Positions 12,901-24,325 of a stretch of DNA of 64,000 bases are shown one piece after another. The translations under genes and the position numbers were made by a program. The stretch comes from Basidiobolus meristosporus CBS 931.73 (taxonomy: Eukaryota > Fungi > Basidiobolomycota). Within the stretch, counting starts at the first letter, position 1. Each line of letters starts with the position of its first letter. The stretch lies in assembly GCA_002104905.1 (NCBI GenBank), contig MCFE01000132.1, positions 62,001-126,000 of the forward strand. Reading direction: 5' to 3'. The notes under the pieces are model-generated. The model made no database searches. It was given only the letters and a program-made list of their open reading frames with translations, and had not been told where the DNA came from.

Positions 12901-14800
12901 ATTTTGTTTGAACCATAGCTGTTTGCTCCTGTATACCTAATGAGCAGCTCCAAATGTTGGGGTGTATATTGTCAGGCTCTTCATCTTCTTCCTTAACAAG
13001 ATGTGCCTTCTGGCAAGCAGTATGTGTCCTCTTATTGTTGGGTGTTACACCACAGAAGGTTGACTGTAGTCCTGGATTGGATCCTTGTATGGTATACCAT
13101 ACTGACCCATCGGAATAGTTGGTAGTTGTAGCCTTAGTACTGGTTTCCCATGGTCTACCTAGCAGAAGGTCAAAGTTTGCCTTCTGGCAGATGAAGAGGG
13201 GAAGCCAGACCTTGATTCCTTGTACCTCAATAGGAAACTTGTGTACTACACCATAGAGTGGACTAGATCCTGAGTTTGCATTGGTCATGTTCCATCCAAT
13301 ATCTCTATCAACAGGCAGTAGCTCCTTGCTTTCAAGTGTCTTCCAGAAGTCTAGCGGCATAACACAAATCTTTGAGCCACTGTCAATATGGCAGTCAACA
13401 GGGTCATCATATATATACCCTTTCACCACAGCAGTTGCAACTGAGTAAAAGGTCTTATATTCAGTAGTGTTGTCATCCTTTTGGTGGTCTTCATGGTTTG
13501 TCTGAATTATATGAGTGTCCATATGTTCAACAGCTTGTTGTCTTGTTCTAAGCTGCTCATCAAAGGTCTTCCTAACAGATGGGGATACACTCATGATTTC
13601 TCCAACCAACAAAGTGAGGTTCTGCTTCAGCAGCTTCTCAGTAATCAGTTGAGGGCTTGAGTAGCTTGCTATCTTTGAGGTCATCTGAACGTGAGGCAAT
13701 GGATCTTGGGTGGGCAGCATACTAGGCCTCTTGTCAATAACAACTTCAGGTTCTTCAAATCGTGGTCTTCTAAGGATGGGTTTGGCAGGTTCTTCAGGGA
13801 GGTGTCTTTTGGTAGCAAAGGCATCAACTTCATATTGTCTGTTGTCAGGGCTGCTTGGATTCACTTTATGAGTCCCAATAGGGGCATCAACAGTAATCTT
13901 TCTGGTTGCTGAGTCAGATTTCTGGAAAAGGGCTCTCATCCCTCCTCTTTGGAAATTAGTGGGAATCCTTCTTCCTTCCTTGTCAGCAAGCATTCCATCA
14001 GCATCAAACTGTACAGCTCCTTCTCTGAGTAGCTGACTAAGCTCTGAGCATTCTCGTCTGGCATGCTGAGTAGAGTCACACCAGATGCAGTGCCTTGGCA
14101 AAGGTCTTTGTCCCTCAGTAGCAACCTCAGCTGAGCCATTAATCTTGAGGGCTAGCTTCTGTAGCTGTTCAGCAAGTTGGTCAATTCTGTCAGTAGTGTA
14201 GGTCTGATTGTCAGCAGCAGCACTCCTTGGCTCCTTGATTGACTGGTCTGGCAGATTAGATGTCAGGAGTCTCATAAAGGTAGAAGTTTGCTTTGCCTCT
14301 AGGAGAACACGTTTCATCTCTGCAAAGCAAGGAATGCCAGACTTGTCAGCCTTGGCTGCATGTAAGTCAACTTTCCTTGCCAAGTCCTGGGGAAGCCCTT
14401 GTGCAAGGTAAAGTGTCATGGTAAACTCAGTTATAGCCTGGGACTCTAGGAGTGGCTTGGCCATATCTTCATACTGTTGAATGAACTCTTCAAGTGGTAG
14501 CTTGGAAAGTCCAGTTCTTCCAAAGTGCCTGAGGTCTTCAATTCCATAGTATAACTGGGGTCTACCATACTCGGTCTGTAGGTAGGTCTTCATTAAGGCC
14601 CAGTCAGTGAGAATGTCTCCTTGTCTTAGAAGCTTAGTGGTAATATCATCCGTGCAGTAGTAGGGGAAGTCTTCAGCCATTTCTTGTTCAGATAGGCTGC
14701 ACATCTTGCAGAGCTTCTCCCATTTGAATATGAAGCTTTCCACATTCTTTCCATCAAACTGTAGAGCTCCATGTGAGAGTGGTAATGGCATAGAGTTCAT
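9988..14800 (-). CDS. Gag-Pol polyprotein (Gag-PR-RT-RNaseH-IN), split by one 1-bp insertion
   Basis: The 1347-aa ORF has CIWCDS..HARREC, protease IDSGS, RT FVDD, RNaseH TVDAS/ETDAKPL/NVVADALSR and the integrase HHCC zinc finger. The integrase core continues in 9988-10722. Removing one A from the A7 run at about 10775-10781 restores GSKKYLIVARDDLSGWAEA and fuses both ORFs. Confidence 0.92.
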
Positions 14801-14940
14801 TTTGGGCAGGTAGGTTGGTGTTGTAATCTTGGTAATATCGGTAGTCTCTTTTCAATAGGTGGATAACAGCTCAAATCTTCAGGTAAATCCTGTTGGGTCC
14901 TAGGGAGCTTGTATGAACCCCCCAGGTTGGGTGCCAAATA

Positions 14941-16011
14941 TGTGTTGGTGTATAGGTCCAAGGGAGAGATACGTCCAACACTTCTCAAGTGTTTTGTGTG
15001 TGGGGTGTTCACTGGGTGCAATAACCTCTGGCAAAAGCTTGCTAGGAATACTTGGGTTCTGTTTCTAATCTAATGTGAAGGGGAACAAAGCCACAAGCTT
15101 GTTAAGGGAAAACTATTGAGCTACAATCCCCAACTTAGTTGGCGTCTTAACAAAAGTATGTGCTGGGTTCAGCGTCCTTTGAGATGACAATGTACTAAAG
15201 CTTCTAGAGTCAAAACAACTGTAAACTCCACCAGCAGGGACTTGATAAGAATGCAGCTGTGGTCAATAGTTACAAAGACAGAAAAGTATCTTTGCCTGTA
15301 CAAGAACAAACTTGGGAAAGAATCAAATATAATAAAAGATACCTACTCTGAGTATTCCTCACAAGTAGTGCCTCCAAGGTCAGTTGGCTGTCAGCGCGGT
15401 TTCCTGGGAGTGTCCTGTGGTCTAGGGTTGGAAGTTCAGGTAGCAGCAGGTAGCAGTGATCACACTAATCAACAAGTTGGTATATTGATAAAAGGAATGA
15501 TGATTTATTGTTGAGGGATAGCCTCCCTTATATACTTTTCTCACTGGCTAAGTGCTTACTAATCATGGTGTTCCAGAAGGTTCCGGAGATCAAAAGAAAT
15601 CTTAATGACATCAGAATGACCTAAGAATGTTCTAAGTAGGTGCCGGAAGGTTCTAAGAGGCACAGCACCTCCAACCAATCAGGAATCAGTATTCTGAAAC
15701 CTGTGTAACATGGGGATACCATATATGGTATGGAAATGGTAGGGATGGTAACACAGGTTGATCATGTGTCACGGGTACTGGAGCGGGTACTTGCCTAATA
15801 TAGAAGTACTTATAGCTAGTAATCTTACATAAAGTGAGGGGTAACTTATGCAATAAGGTAAGCAGGTGTGATAGTCAACCGGCTTATGGGATAGTACTGA
15901 TTGGGTAAGACAAATGGGATCAAACTAAAATAAGTGTAGTAGAGATATAGGGAAGTAGAAAATAAGGGAATGAGCACATCTGTCAGTGGGTGTCACTGTC
16001 ACCCCACTACA
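14941..16011 (-). repeat. 5' LTR of the family B element
   Basis: Near-identical to 8836-9906, with a TATA-like motif followed closely by AATAAA on the minus strand. Confidence 0.95.
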
Positions 16012-16302
16012 CCGGTGCTTCCCATAGTGACTTGCTGGGTCCAATGTATCCTTTCTTGAAAATCTGATCAGCTTGAATATTCATTCTATGTCAATAGAAT
16101 GATAATTTCTTATAAGCTTGTTGTTCTTATGGATCTATGTGGCATGGGTACTCTGGCTGATTTATATACTACAAATCAAAAGCTATGTTTTTTCAGATAC
16201 AAGTGCAGAGTTGCAGTAATGAGTTATATTGGCCTTGTATTTGTCTTTATAATGAGTGATCCTCTTTTGTACTGGCTGAGTAATGTGGTTAACCATTTGC
16301 GG
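16012..16302 (-). mobile_element. Middle fragment (PR-RT linker) of the older family A element
   Basis: Continuous with 19913+ across the GCGG TSD and with 8600- across the CCGG TSD. Confidence 0.7.
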
Positions 16303-19300
16303 TGTGGTAGGGTAAACATACCTCCCACAGACAAGTTTACTCATATAGTCATTATGCTATACTTATCCATATTTTATCTTATCAGTAGAATCCCATTCTT
16401 CTATTGCCCATATTATCAGTATTATACCCATATGATGTTAACCCTGATTAGTTATTAGCATTAGTCATCCCAGAAGTTATTCAGCTTTGTGATCAGTATA
16501 TGTATCTACATAAGGCAAGTACCCGCGTCAGTACCCGTGACACATGACTTAAGTCTGTGTTACCATCCCTACCATTTCAATAACATATATGGTATTTCTA
16601 TATTGCACAGGTTTCAGACTACTGATTTCTGATTGATTGAATGTACTGTGCCTTTTAGAACCTTCAGACATTCTTGCATATTTTTGTCATAGTGATGTCA
16701 TCAGAATCACTGATACCTTGAACTTCTAGAACCTTGTCATTAGTAATCACTTGGCAATCAGGAAAAGTATTTAAGGGAAAGCAATCCCTCATCAATAAAT
16801 TATCCCTTCTATCAGTAACACTTCTCCCTTATTGATTAGCAGTTGATCACTGCACCTGCCTTCAAGAGTACATCTCAGACCTGCCATCAAGGAGCTTTTC
16901 AGGGTAGTGCACAAGACACACAGAGGCCTTTGGAGGCACTTGGAGCACCTAGGAAGCTAGAGAAGCAGGAGCTTTTACCATAGAGACCTATTGACAAAAG
17001 ACATCAGCAGTTTAGACCCAGAGGTTATTGCACCCATCAGACACCTCACACACCTTGAGTTGTGTAGCTTCTCCCAGGAGTACCTCTACACCACCACATA
17101 TTTGGCACCCAATGTGGGGGGTTTGACTGAACTGCTCCTAGAAGACTTAAGAAAGAACAAATTATCAAGACCATGGATCTACCTTTACCAGGAATGCAAG
17201 GAACCCCTTTCTTTGATGGAACTAAAGTCAAAGCTTTGATCAAGAAGTGGGAGCTTTTCTGCAGAGCCCACAGAATACCTGAGGCCATTATGGCTGAAGA
17301 GATGCCCCCTTACAGCACTGATGAGATCATGCTCTCATTATGTGAAAGAAATGATCTGCTGACAAATTGGACCCTCTTGAAGAGCTACTTGATTGATGAA
17401 TATGGAGAGAGACAAGTTGACTACACACTTCAAGACTTGGAGAACTTTGCTTATAGCAAGTTTAAGCTGCTACCATTGAAAGAATACTTGAGTGGCCTTG
17501 AGCAAATTGGAGAGTTACTGAAAGCCCAAGGAGTTATCACTGATCTCACTTTATCCGCCTATCTTCTCTGAGCACTACCAGAAGACCTGGTGAGAAGGAT
17601 TGAAAACAATCCTACTGTGAAAGCTATGAGTTCACTGCCTGCATTTCAGTTAGCTAAGCAGATTCTAATTGCCCCTGAAGAAACCTCACCAATCAGAAGG
17701 TTTCTTTCAAGCTCAGCACAAAACCAAGATAGCCAAGACTTACTTAATCCCAGTAATCAAAGCACTCAAATTCAGGAGCTGACACAGCAACTAGAGAAAC
17801 TCTCTTTGCTACTCACCAGCAAAGCATATGGGCAGAAGCCAGTAGAGAAAGAAGTCAAGTATACATGCATGTGGTGTGACTCTGCCAACCATTCCAAGAG
17901 AAATTGCCAAGAGCTTCAGTCATTACTATCCACAGGTGATGTCCTATATAGTCCTCAGGGATACATAGTCAGTAAGCATGGTGACAAATTATCCACAGCA
18001 TTTGGACAAGGAGGAATGAGAGTTCACTACAAGCAAGTCACCTCTCATACAAGAAAGGTGCACCTCCATGAAGAAGAAGATCCTGACTACTTTGATCCAG
18101 CTGAAGTTCTGAACTTTGACTATGAGGACCCCAGAGAGGGCCAAGATCCTATAGCTTCAATTTATGCTTCAAAGAGACACCATTCTGAAAAAATGGCTAA
18201 TCCAGGCCCAGCAACAAAAGTACCAAGATGTGAGCCAGAAGTTGTGATTGAGAAGAAAGCATCACCCCCATTAATTTTACAAGAGTCTGCCAAGGCCAAC
18301 AACTACCACATGCAGCCTAGAGTCAAGCAAAATGGTACCCCAGAGGCTCTGACAAGTCATATACTAGGAAGCAACATATCAATCAAGGTTGGAGCGCTAC
18401 TCAGTGTATCACCATCTGTGAGAAAGACTCTGGATGAGCACATCAGAATAAGAAAGCATCCAATTGAAGCAACCCAAGGCAACCAGGTCAGGACAGTTCA
18501 AGGAAGCCAAGATATCAGTAAGCTGCATCAAAGCCAGAAACACTACTACTCAGTGCCAACTGCAACAACTACAGGAACTGTGCATAATCAAGAAATCCTA
18601 TGTCATATAGACAGTGGATCTGAGATATGTGTGATGCCTTTGGAGGCTTGGAAACAACTACCATGCAAAGACCTATTGCCCATAGACACCAATATCAATT
18701 GGAGCATGAAGGATGCCAACTCAGGGCAATCAAAGCTTTTAGGAACTATTCACAGCTTCCCTCTCATCATTGAGGGAATACCCCATGAGATCCCAGTATT
18801 CATTTGTGCAAAGGCTAACTTTGAATTACTTCTTTGAAGACCATGGGAGGTAAAAGCAAGAGCAACTGCAGTGAACTACCCAGATGGTTCAGTATGGTAT
18901 ACTATATACTCAGAGAGCCCAGGACTAACAGCAACCTTCTGTGGTGTGGACTCAAACAATATCCAATCAATGACATCATGTAGATTTCTATCCCAAGAAA
19001 GGACAGGTGGCTTCATTGAGGAAGACTGAGAGAGCACTTTCTTATCCAAACTTACAGTGGTTAGCTAAAAAGTTCCCTGAAACTTACTAGCTCAAGTGGG
19101 GGGTGGATTTGGTAGGGTAAACATACCTCCCACAGACAAGTTTACTCATATAGTCATTATGATATACTTATCCATGTTTTATCTTATCAGTATTATCCCA
19201 TTCTTCTATTGCCCATATTATCAGTATTATCCTCATATGATGTTTACCCTGATTAGTTATTAGCATTAGTCATCCAAGATGTTATTCAGCTTTGTGATCA

Positions 19301-19912
19301 GTATATGTATCTACATAAGGCAAATACCCGCGTCAGTACCCGTGACACATGACTTAAGTCTGTGTTATCATCCCTACCACTTCAATGCCATATATGGTAT
19401 TTCTATGTTGCACAGGTTTCAGACTACTGATTCCTGATTGGTTGAATGTGCTGTGCCTTTTAGAACCTTCTAGGACATTCTTGGCATATTTTTAGCTCAT
19501 AGTGATGTCATCAAGAAATCCACTGATACCTAGAACCTTCTAGTACCTTGTCATTAGTAATCACTTGGCAATCAGGAAAAGTATTTAAGGGAAAGCAATC
19601 CCTCATCAATAAATCATCCCTTCTATCAGTAACACTTCTCCCTTATTGATTAGCAGTTGATCACTGCACCTGCCTTCAAGAGTACATCTCAGACCTGCCA
19701 TCAAGGAGCTTTTCAGGGTAGTGCACAAGACACACAGAGGCCTTTGGAGGCACTTGGAGCACCTAGGAAGCTAGAGAAGCAGGAGCTTTTACCATAGAGA
19801 CCTATTGACAAAAGACATCAGCAGTTTAGACCCAGAGGTTATTGCACCCATCAGACACCTCACACACCTTGAGTTGTGTAGCTTCTCCCAGGAGTACCTC
19901 TACACCACCACA
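16303..19912 (+). mobile_element. Non-autonomous Gag-protease-only LTR element (TR-GAG-like), related to family B
   Basis: LTRs lie at 16303-17098 and 19108-19912. The PBS TGGCACCCAATGTGGGG is at about 17103 and the PPT GTGGGGGGTGGA ends at 19107. The TSD GCGG is at 16299-16302 and 19913-19916. The interior holds only gag-PR, with no RT, RNaseH or IN. Confidence 0.9.
17173..19029 (+). pseudogene. Gag-protease ORF (618 codons) with two in-frame TGA stops
   Basis: ORFs 17173-17571 and 17590-18837 and the tail to 19029 share one frame. It has CMWCDSANHSKRNC and protease IDSGSEICVM, collinear with family B Gag-PR. Stops at 17569 and 18835 fall where family B has sense codons. Confidence 0.85.
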
Positions 19913-20960
19913 GCGGGTTCCCATCAGCACTTGATATTGGAGCTGGTTTGGTGCCCTCTGAGCTGATAGCTGCATTTGCAGCAACTTGGTCAATCATATA
20001 CTTGTAAAATGCTCCTGAACAAGTCATGATCTTGGCAGGTATTCCATTGATTGCTCCATTGAAGGGTAATAGCCTTACTGATATTGAGGTCATTTGGGAT
20101 AGGCATTCTTCTGTACTATGGGAGGTGAATTTGTAGTCTTCTTCAAGATCTTCCTCTACATTTTTATCATCCAGATTGACACTCTGATAGAAGAATATTT
20201 GTGCCTAATGTCCATTTCATCACTCAGGATAGTACCTAATATATGTCTGTGCTATTGACAATGAAAGCAAGGTCCTTTCTTCTTACAATTTTCCAAGGTA
20301 AGGACATTCTGCATAGTATCTATTTTCATTGATTCTACTTCTGATTGTCTTCTTTCAAAACAACTGTACTCTCTGTTTGAAGTCATTGTAGCCCTTCCAA
20401 TTTCATACCCATCAGCAGAGTACTCAGCTAGATCAGTTGGGTTTGTTCATTCAATTAGCCTTATTTACTTATAGATGATTTCTTGAACCATTCCATTCTG
20501 TCTGTGAATCTTGAGCTTCCTTCTTATTGGTTTCTGCTGATATGGAGGTTCAAAAGCATCCTGAATCTCCAATAAAACTCATCCAAGTTCAGGATAATTG
20601 AGTATACTGTCAGGTTTGCTGAACTGATCTACTTGTGCTGCAACTGTAAACCTGCATCATCCAAGTAGGATGCTGCATAGGGCAACTTGCTTTCTGGGGC
20701 AATCACTTTTGGCTTAAATGCTGCCTCAATTTGAAAGAGCCAAATTTGCAGGTTTTCATCAATTGTGTAATGGTGCCAGTTTACATTCACACTAAAATTG
20801 CTCTTGACAAGGATTTGCTGGTTCTGTGCCATGGTATTCATCCCTTGTTGTTACTGCTAGGCCAGGGCTTACTATTTACTATTCAAGCATTCTTGACTTA
20901 TGACAACTTGGGGGAGGTTTCTGCTGTGTTCAGGAAGCTAGTTTTGGTTATTTCTGCTAT
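19913..20960 (-). mobile_element. gag and protease remnants of the older family A element
   Basis: ORF 20629-20841 (SNFSVNVNW..ENLQIWLFQIEAAFK..YAASYLDDAGLQ) is paralogous to 1-868. Protease-like PFNGAINGIPAKIMTCSGA lies at about 20000-20070. Confidence 0.8.
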
Positions 20961-20963
20961 CAA

Positions 20964-21140
20964 TGTTAGAAGTCCTAATATAAGAATTGTAGGACAATAG
21001 GGAGTTTAGCTTGTATTGCATTAACCAAAATTCAAACTAATTTTATTGAAGTTCCAGTGGCTCCTTAGATAAATTTGCCAGATCAAGTGCTGACTAATTG
21101 TATTTTGTAATGTAGATTATGGCAGATGAGTTGTTCATGT
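20964..21140 (-). repeat. Truncated 5' LTR of the older family A element
   Basis: Aligns with 883-1060 (atagggagtttagct..ttttattga.gttccag..gccagatcaa..ctgactaattgta) and is cut off by the long-TIR element. Confidence 0.65.
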
Positions 21141-21154
21141 TGAATACATAGAGG

Positions 21155-22409
21155 AAGTTTTTTGCCATATAAGGCTACTGGATGTACTAGCTGGTTAGAT
21201 CCACTTAAATAGTTGTAAAGTGCACCAAGACTGTAACAATGGCATGCCACCCTTGGTAAAACACCTTACAAACACTGTTTTACTTTATCAATTTTATTTG
21301 GCTGTAAAATTAGCAAAATGCTGTAGTGGTCCCATCATAAGATTGTGTAGATGGTCATTAATTCCAAGCTGCTGGTAACATAGTGGTCTCTTGATAGGAT
21401 CTTTATGGTGGATATAGATTGGATCTACCTGCAGGACCATTTTTTTTTCATAGGTGTACTGAGTACTTGTTATTTTGTAAGAATATTCCAAGTAAGTTGC
21501 AACAAGGAATTGTGACAATATTCTCCAAGATTTGTAGGTATAGCTCTGAGTGACTAAGTTGAATGAATACTTGTATGGAATTACAATTAATTTACACACT
21601 TCCACTCAACTAAATGTTCATATTGGCCTGTCCTAATTTTTCCTAAGATATTTATATTTGTCCTTAGCTAATGGTTGGAAAATATGTCTGCAATCATTTC
21701 AACTGCAGGACAATAATGTGGCTGACAACCAAGTTAAGGTTTATTGTGGTTGGGGTTGCTGCTGATATAAAGTCTTCCATTTGTACTTCTTTAGTATGTC
21801 TTGAATATACTTGGATTTACCTAGGGTAATAGTCTGAGTACTTCTGACTATGGAAAACTTTATCCCTAAGAGTTAATTGAGTACTACTAAATTAAACATC
21901 CGGCACACCTAAGAGGGGCTAGATATGATATCTTCCAATGCTTCTAAATTATTTGCAGCTATAGTAATATCATATACATATAGAGCTCATAAAACTGGAT
22001 TTGCTCTATCTGGCTTATAATAGATTAAATGGTAAGCTGTACTGTTTTGGAAACTCAAAGATTACAAGATAGAATCTATCTTGCAAATTTGGACTCTTGA
22101 TGATTATCCCTATGAAAAATAACTTGGTCCTATGGGTGGATCCAATTGGGATCATCCATCAAGATCCCATTTAGGGACTGTCATAATAACAGCAGCTTGG
22201 AATTAGTGACCCTCCTGACAATCTGATAACAAGATCATGACGGTGTTTTGCAAATTTTACAGCCAAATAAAGGGATAAAACTTGACAATTTTTTATTAGT
22301 GCTGTGACAATATTTGCATGGTATTGTTGCGGTCTTTCAGCTCTCTATTACCATTTTAAGTGGATCCAGCTGGCCAGGACTTCCAATTGCCTTATATGGC
22401 AAGAAACTT
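21155..22409. mobile_element. Element with about 300-bp imperfect terminal inverted repeats (Mutator/foldback-like, non-autonomous)
   Basis: 21155-21454 is the approximate reverse complement of 22109-22409. Shared blocks: ttgccatataaggc, gatccacttaaa, tttatttggctgtaaaatt.gcaaaa, taattccaagctgctg, ttggatc.acc. No TSD or transposase was seen. Confidence 0.7.
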
Positions 22410-23264
22410 GACAGTATTTTGTTGGCCTCACAGCAAGACTCTGATGGCATTTTTTTGACAGTATGACGGCCTACAGCTGGTTCTGTATAATGCTACTGTA
22501 CCAATTTACCAAATGGTATTTCCTTTTTCTACCTCCCCTAGTGCAATTCATATATTCCACTGTAGAATCACCTTTCTTTATTTGCTTACCCACTACTACC
22601 TTGGGTATTCTACATATAGTTTGAATCAAAAAAACTATGGCCTCCTGCTTACTAACCTTTACAAACGTGCACACCTGCCACAATTGACATACTTCTATCA
22701 CCTCAACTTTACGGCTTTTTAGTGTGATACTTGCAAAGTTGCCATATACCTTGTACTGCCCGTAACATATACATCTTGCAAACATATGCTTGGTTATTGC
22801 CACTTCTGCCATGAATACCTCCTGAATATTGGCAAAGAACTTCTTGGTATTTAGCCAATATATTCCTTGTCTGTGCTGGATTCTAGTCCCCCTTATAGGT
22901 GTGCACGGGCTTTTGTTTGTGTGAAATCCGTATTCAATAGTGTAGAAGCAGGCTTGTGACCACAAGATATCTGGCATATCTTGGTGGAGTTTCCTGATAA
23001 AAATTAGTTGTTTGTTTCACCCATCCCGACTTTGCATTACTTAACTGATTACCCACGCATTGGGGCTGCTTGGCTTCTTAATGCCATAGGCATAGGTGTC
23101 TCCATGTGCACATTTGTCCTCAGTGTTCTCCAACTCTTTCTGGCTGTCCTTCATGTGCCAGTTCATCACATTCATGATGGACTTGAAGGTAATATTCTTG
23201 ATGAGATTGCAATATGGTAGTACCTGTAACTTGATTTGTCTTCCTATCTCCCCACAGGTGCCAG

Positions 23265-24317
23265 TGTAGTGGGGTGACAGTGACACCCACTGACAGATGT
23301 GCTCATTCCCTCATTTTCTACTATCCTATATCTCTACTACATTTATTTTAGTTTTATCCCATTTGTCTTACCTGATCAGTACTATCTCATAAGCCAGTTG
23401 ACTATCACACCTGCTTACCTTATTGCATAAGTTACCCCTCACTCTATGTAAGATTACTAGCTATAAGTGCTTCTATATTAGGCAAATACCCATGCCAGTA
23501 CCCATGTCACCATCTCTACCACTTCCATACCATATATGGTATCCCCATGTTACACAGGTATTGGAATACTGATTCCTGATTGGTTGGATGTGCTGTGCCT
23601 CTTAGAACATTCCAGCACCTACTTAGAACATTCTTAGGTCATTCTGATGTCATTAAGATTTCTATTGATATCCAGAACCTTCCAGAACACCATGATTAGT
23701 AATCACTTAGGCAGTAAGAAAAGTATATCAGGGCGGCTATCCCTCAACAATAAATCATCATCCCTTTTATCAATATTCTGACTTGTTGATTAGTGTGATC
23801 ACTGCTACCTGCAGCTACCTGAACTTCCAACCCCAGACCACAGGACACTCCCAGGAAACCGCATTGACAGCCAACTGACCTTGGAGGTACTACTTGTGAG
23901 GAATACTCAGAGTAGGTATCTTTTATTATATTTGATTCTTTCCCAAGTTTGTTCTTGTACAAGCAAAGATACTTTTCTGTCTTTGTAACTATTGACCACA
24001 GCTGCATTCTTATCAAGTCCCTGCTGGTGGAGTTTACAGTTGTTTTGACTTTGGAAGCTCTAGTACATTGTCATCTCAAAGGATGCTGAATCCAGTACAT
24101 ACTTTTGTTAAGACACCAACTAAGTTGGGGATTGTAGCTCAACAGTTTTCCCTTGACAAGCTTGTGGCTTTGTTCCCCTTCACATTAGATTAGAGACAGA
24201 ACCCAAGTATTCCTAGCAAGCTTTTGCCAGAGGTTATTGCACCCAGTGAACACCCCACACACAATACACTTGAGAAGTGTTGGACATATCTCTCCCTTGG
24301 ACCTATACACCACCACA
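23265..24317 (+). repeat. Solo LTR of family B
   Basis: TGTAGTGGGG...ACACCACCACA is reverse-complement homologous to 14941-16011. The flanks CCAG and GTGC do not form a TSD. Confidence 0.9.
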
Positions 24318-24325
24318 GTGCTTAA

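Larger units (their letters stand above)
8601..16011 (-). mobile_element. Near-intact Ty3/gypsy LTR retrotransposon (family B)
   Basis: The 5' LTR is 14941-16011 (1071 bp, TG..CA). The PBS TGGCACCCAACCTGGGG (about 14920-14936) resembles the tRNA-Lys PBS TGGCGCCCAACGTGGGG. The PPT GAGAGGGGGGTGGA is at 9907-9920 and the 3' LTR at 8601-9906. The 4-bp TSD CCGG is at 8597-8600 and 16012-16015. Confidence 0.95.

Noticed and set aside
22450-23260. Short ORFs with a faint PF(G)xxxSP RT-like string (possible DIRS/LINE remnant)
   Set aside because: The region is too degenerate, and no second diagnostic motif could be placed in order.
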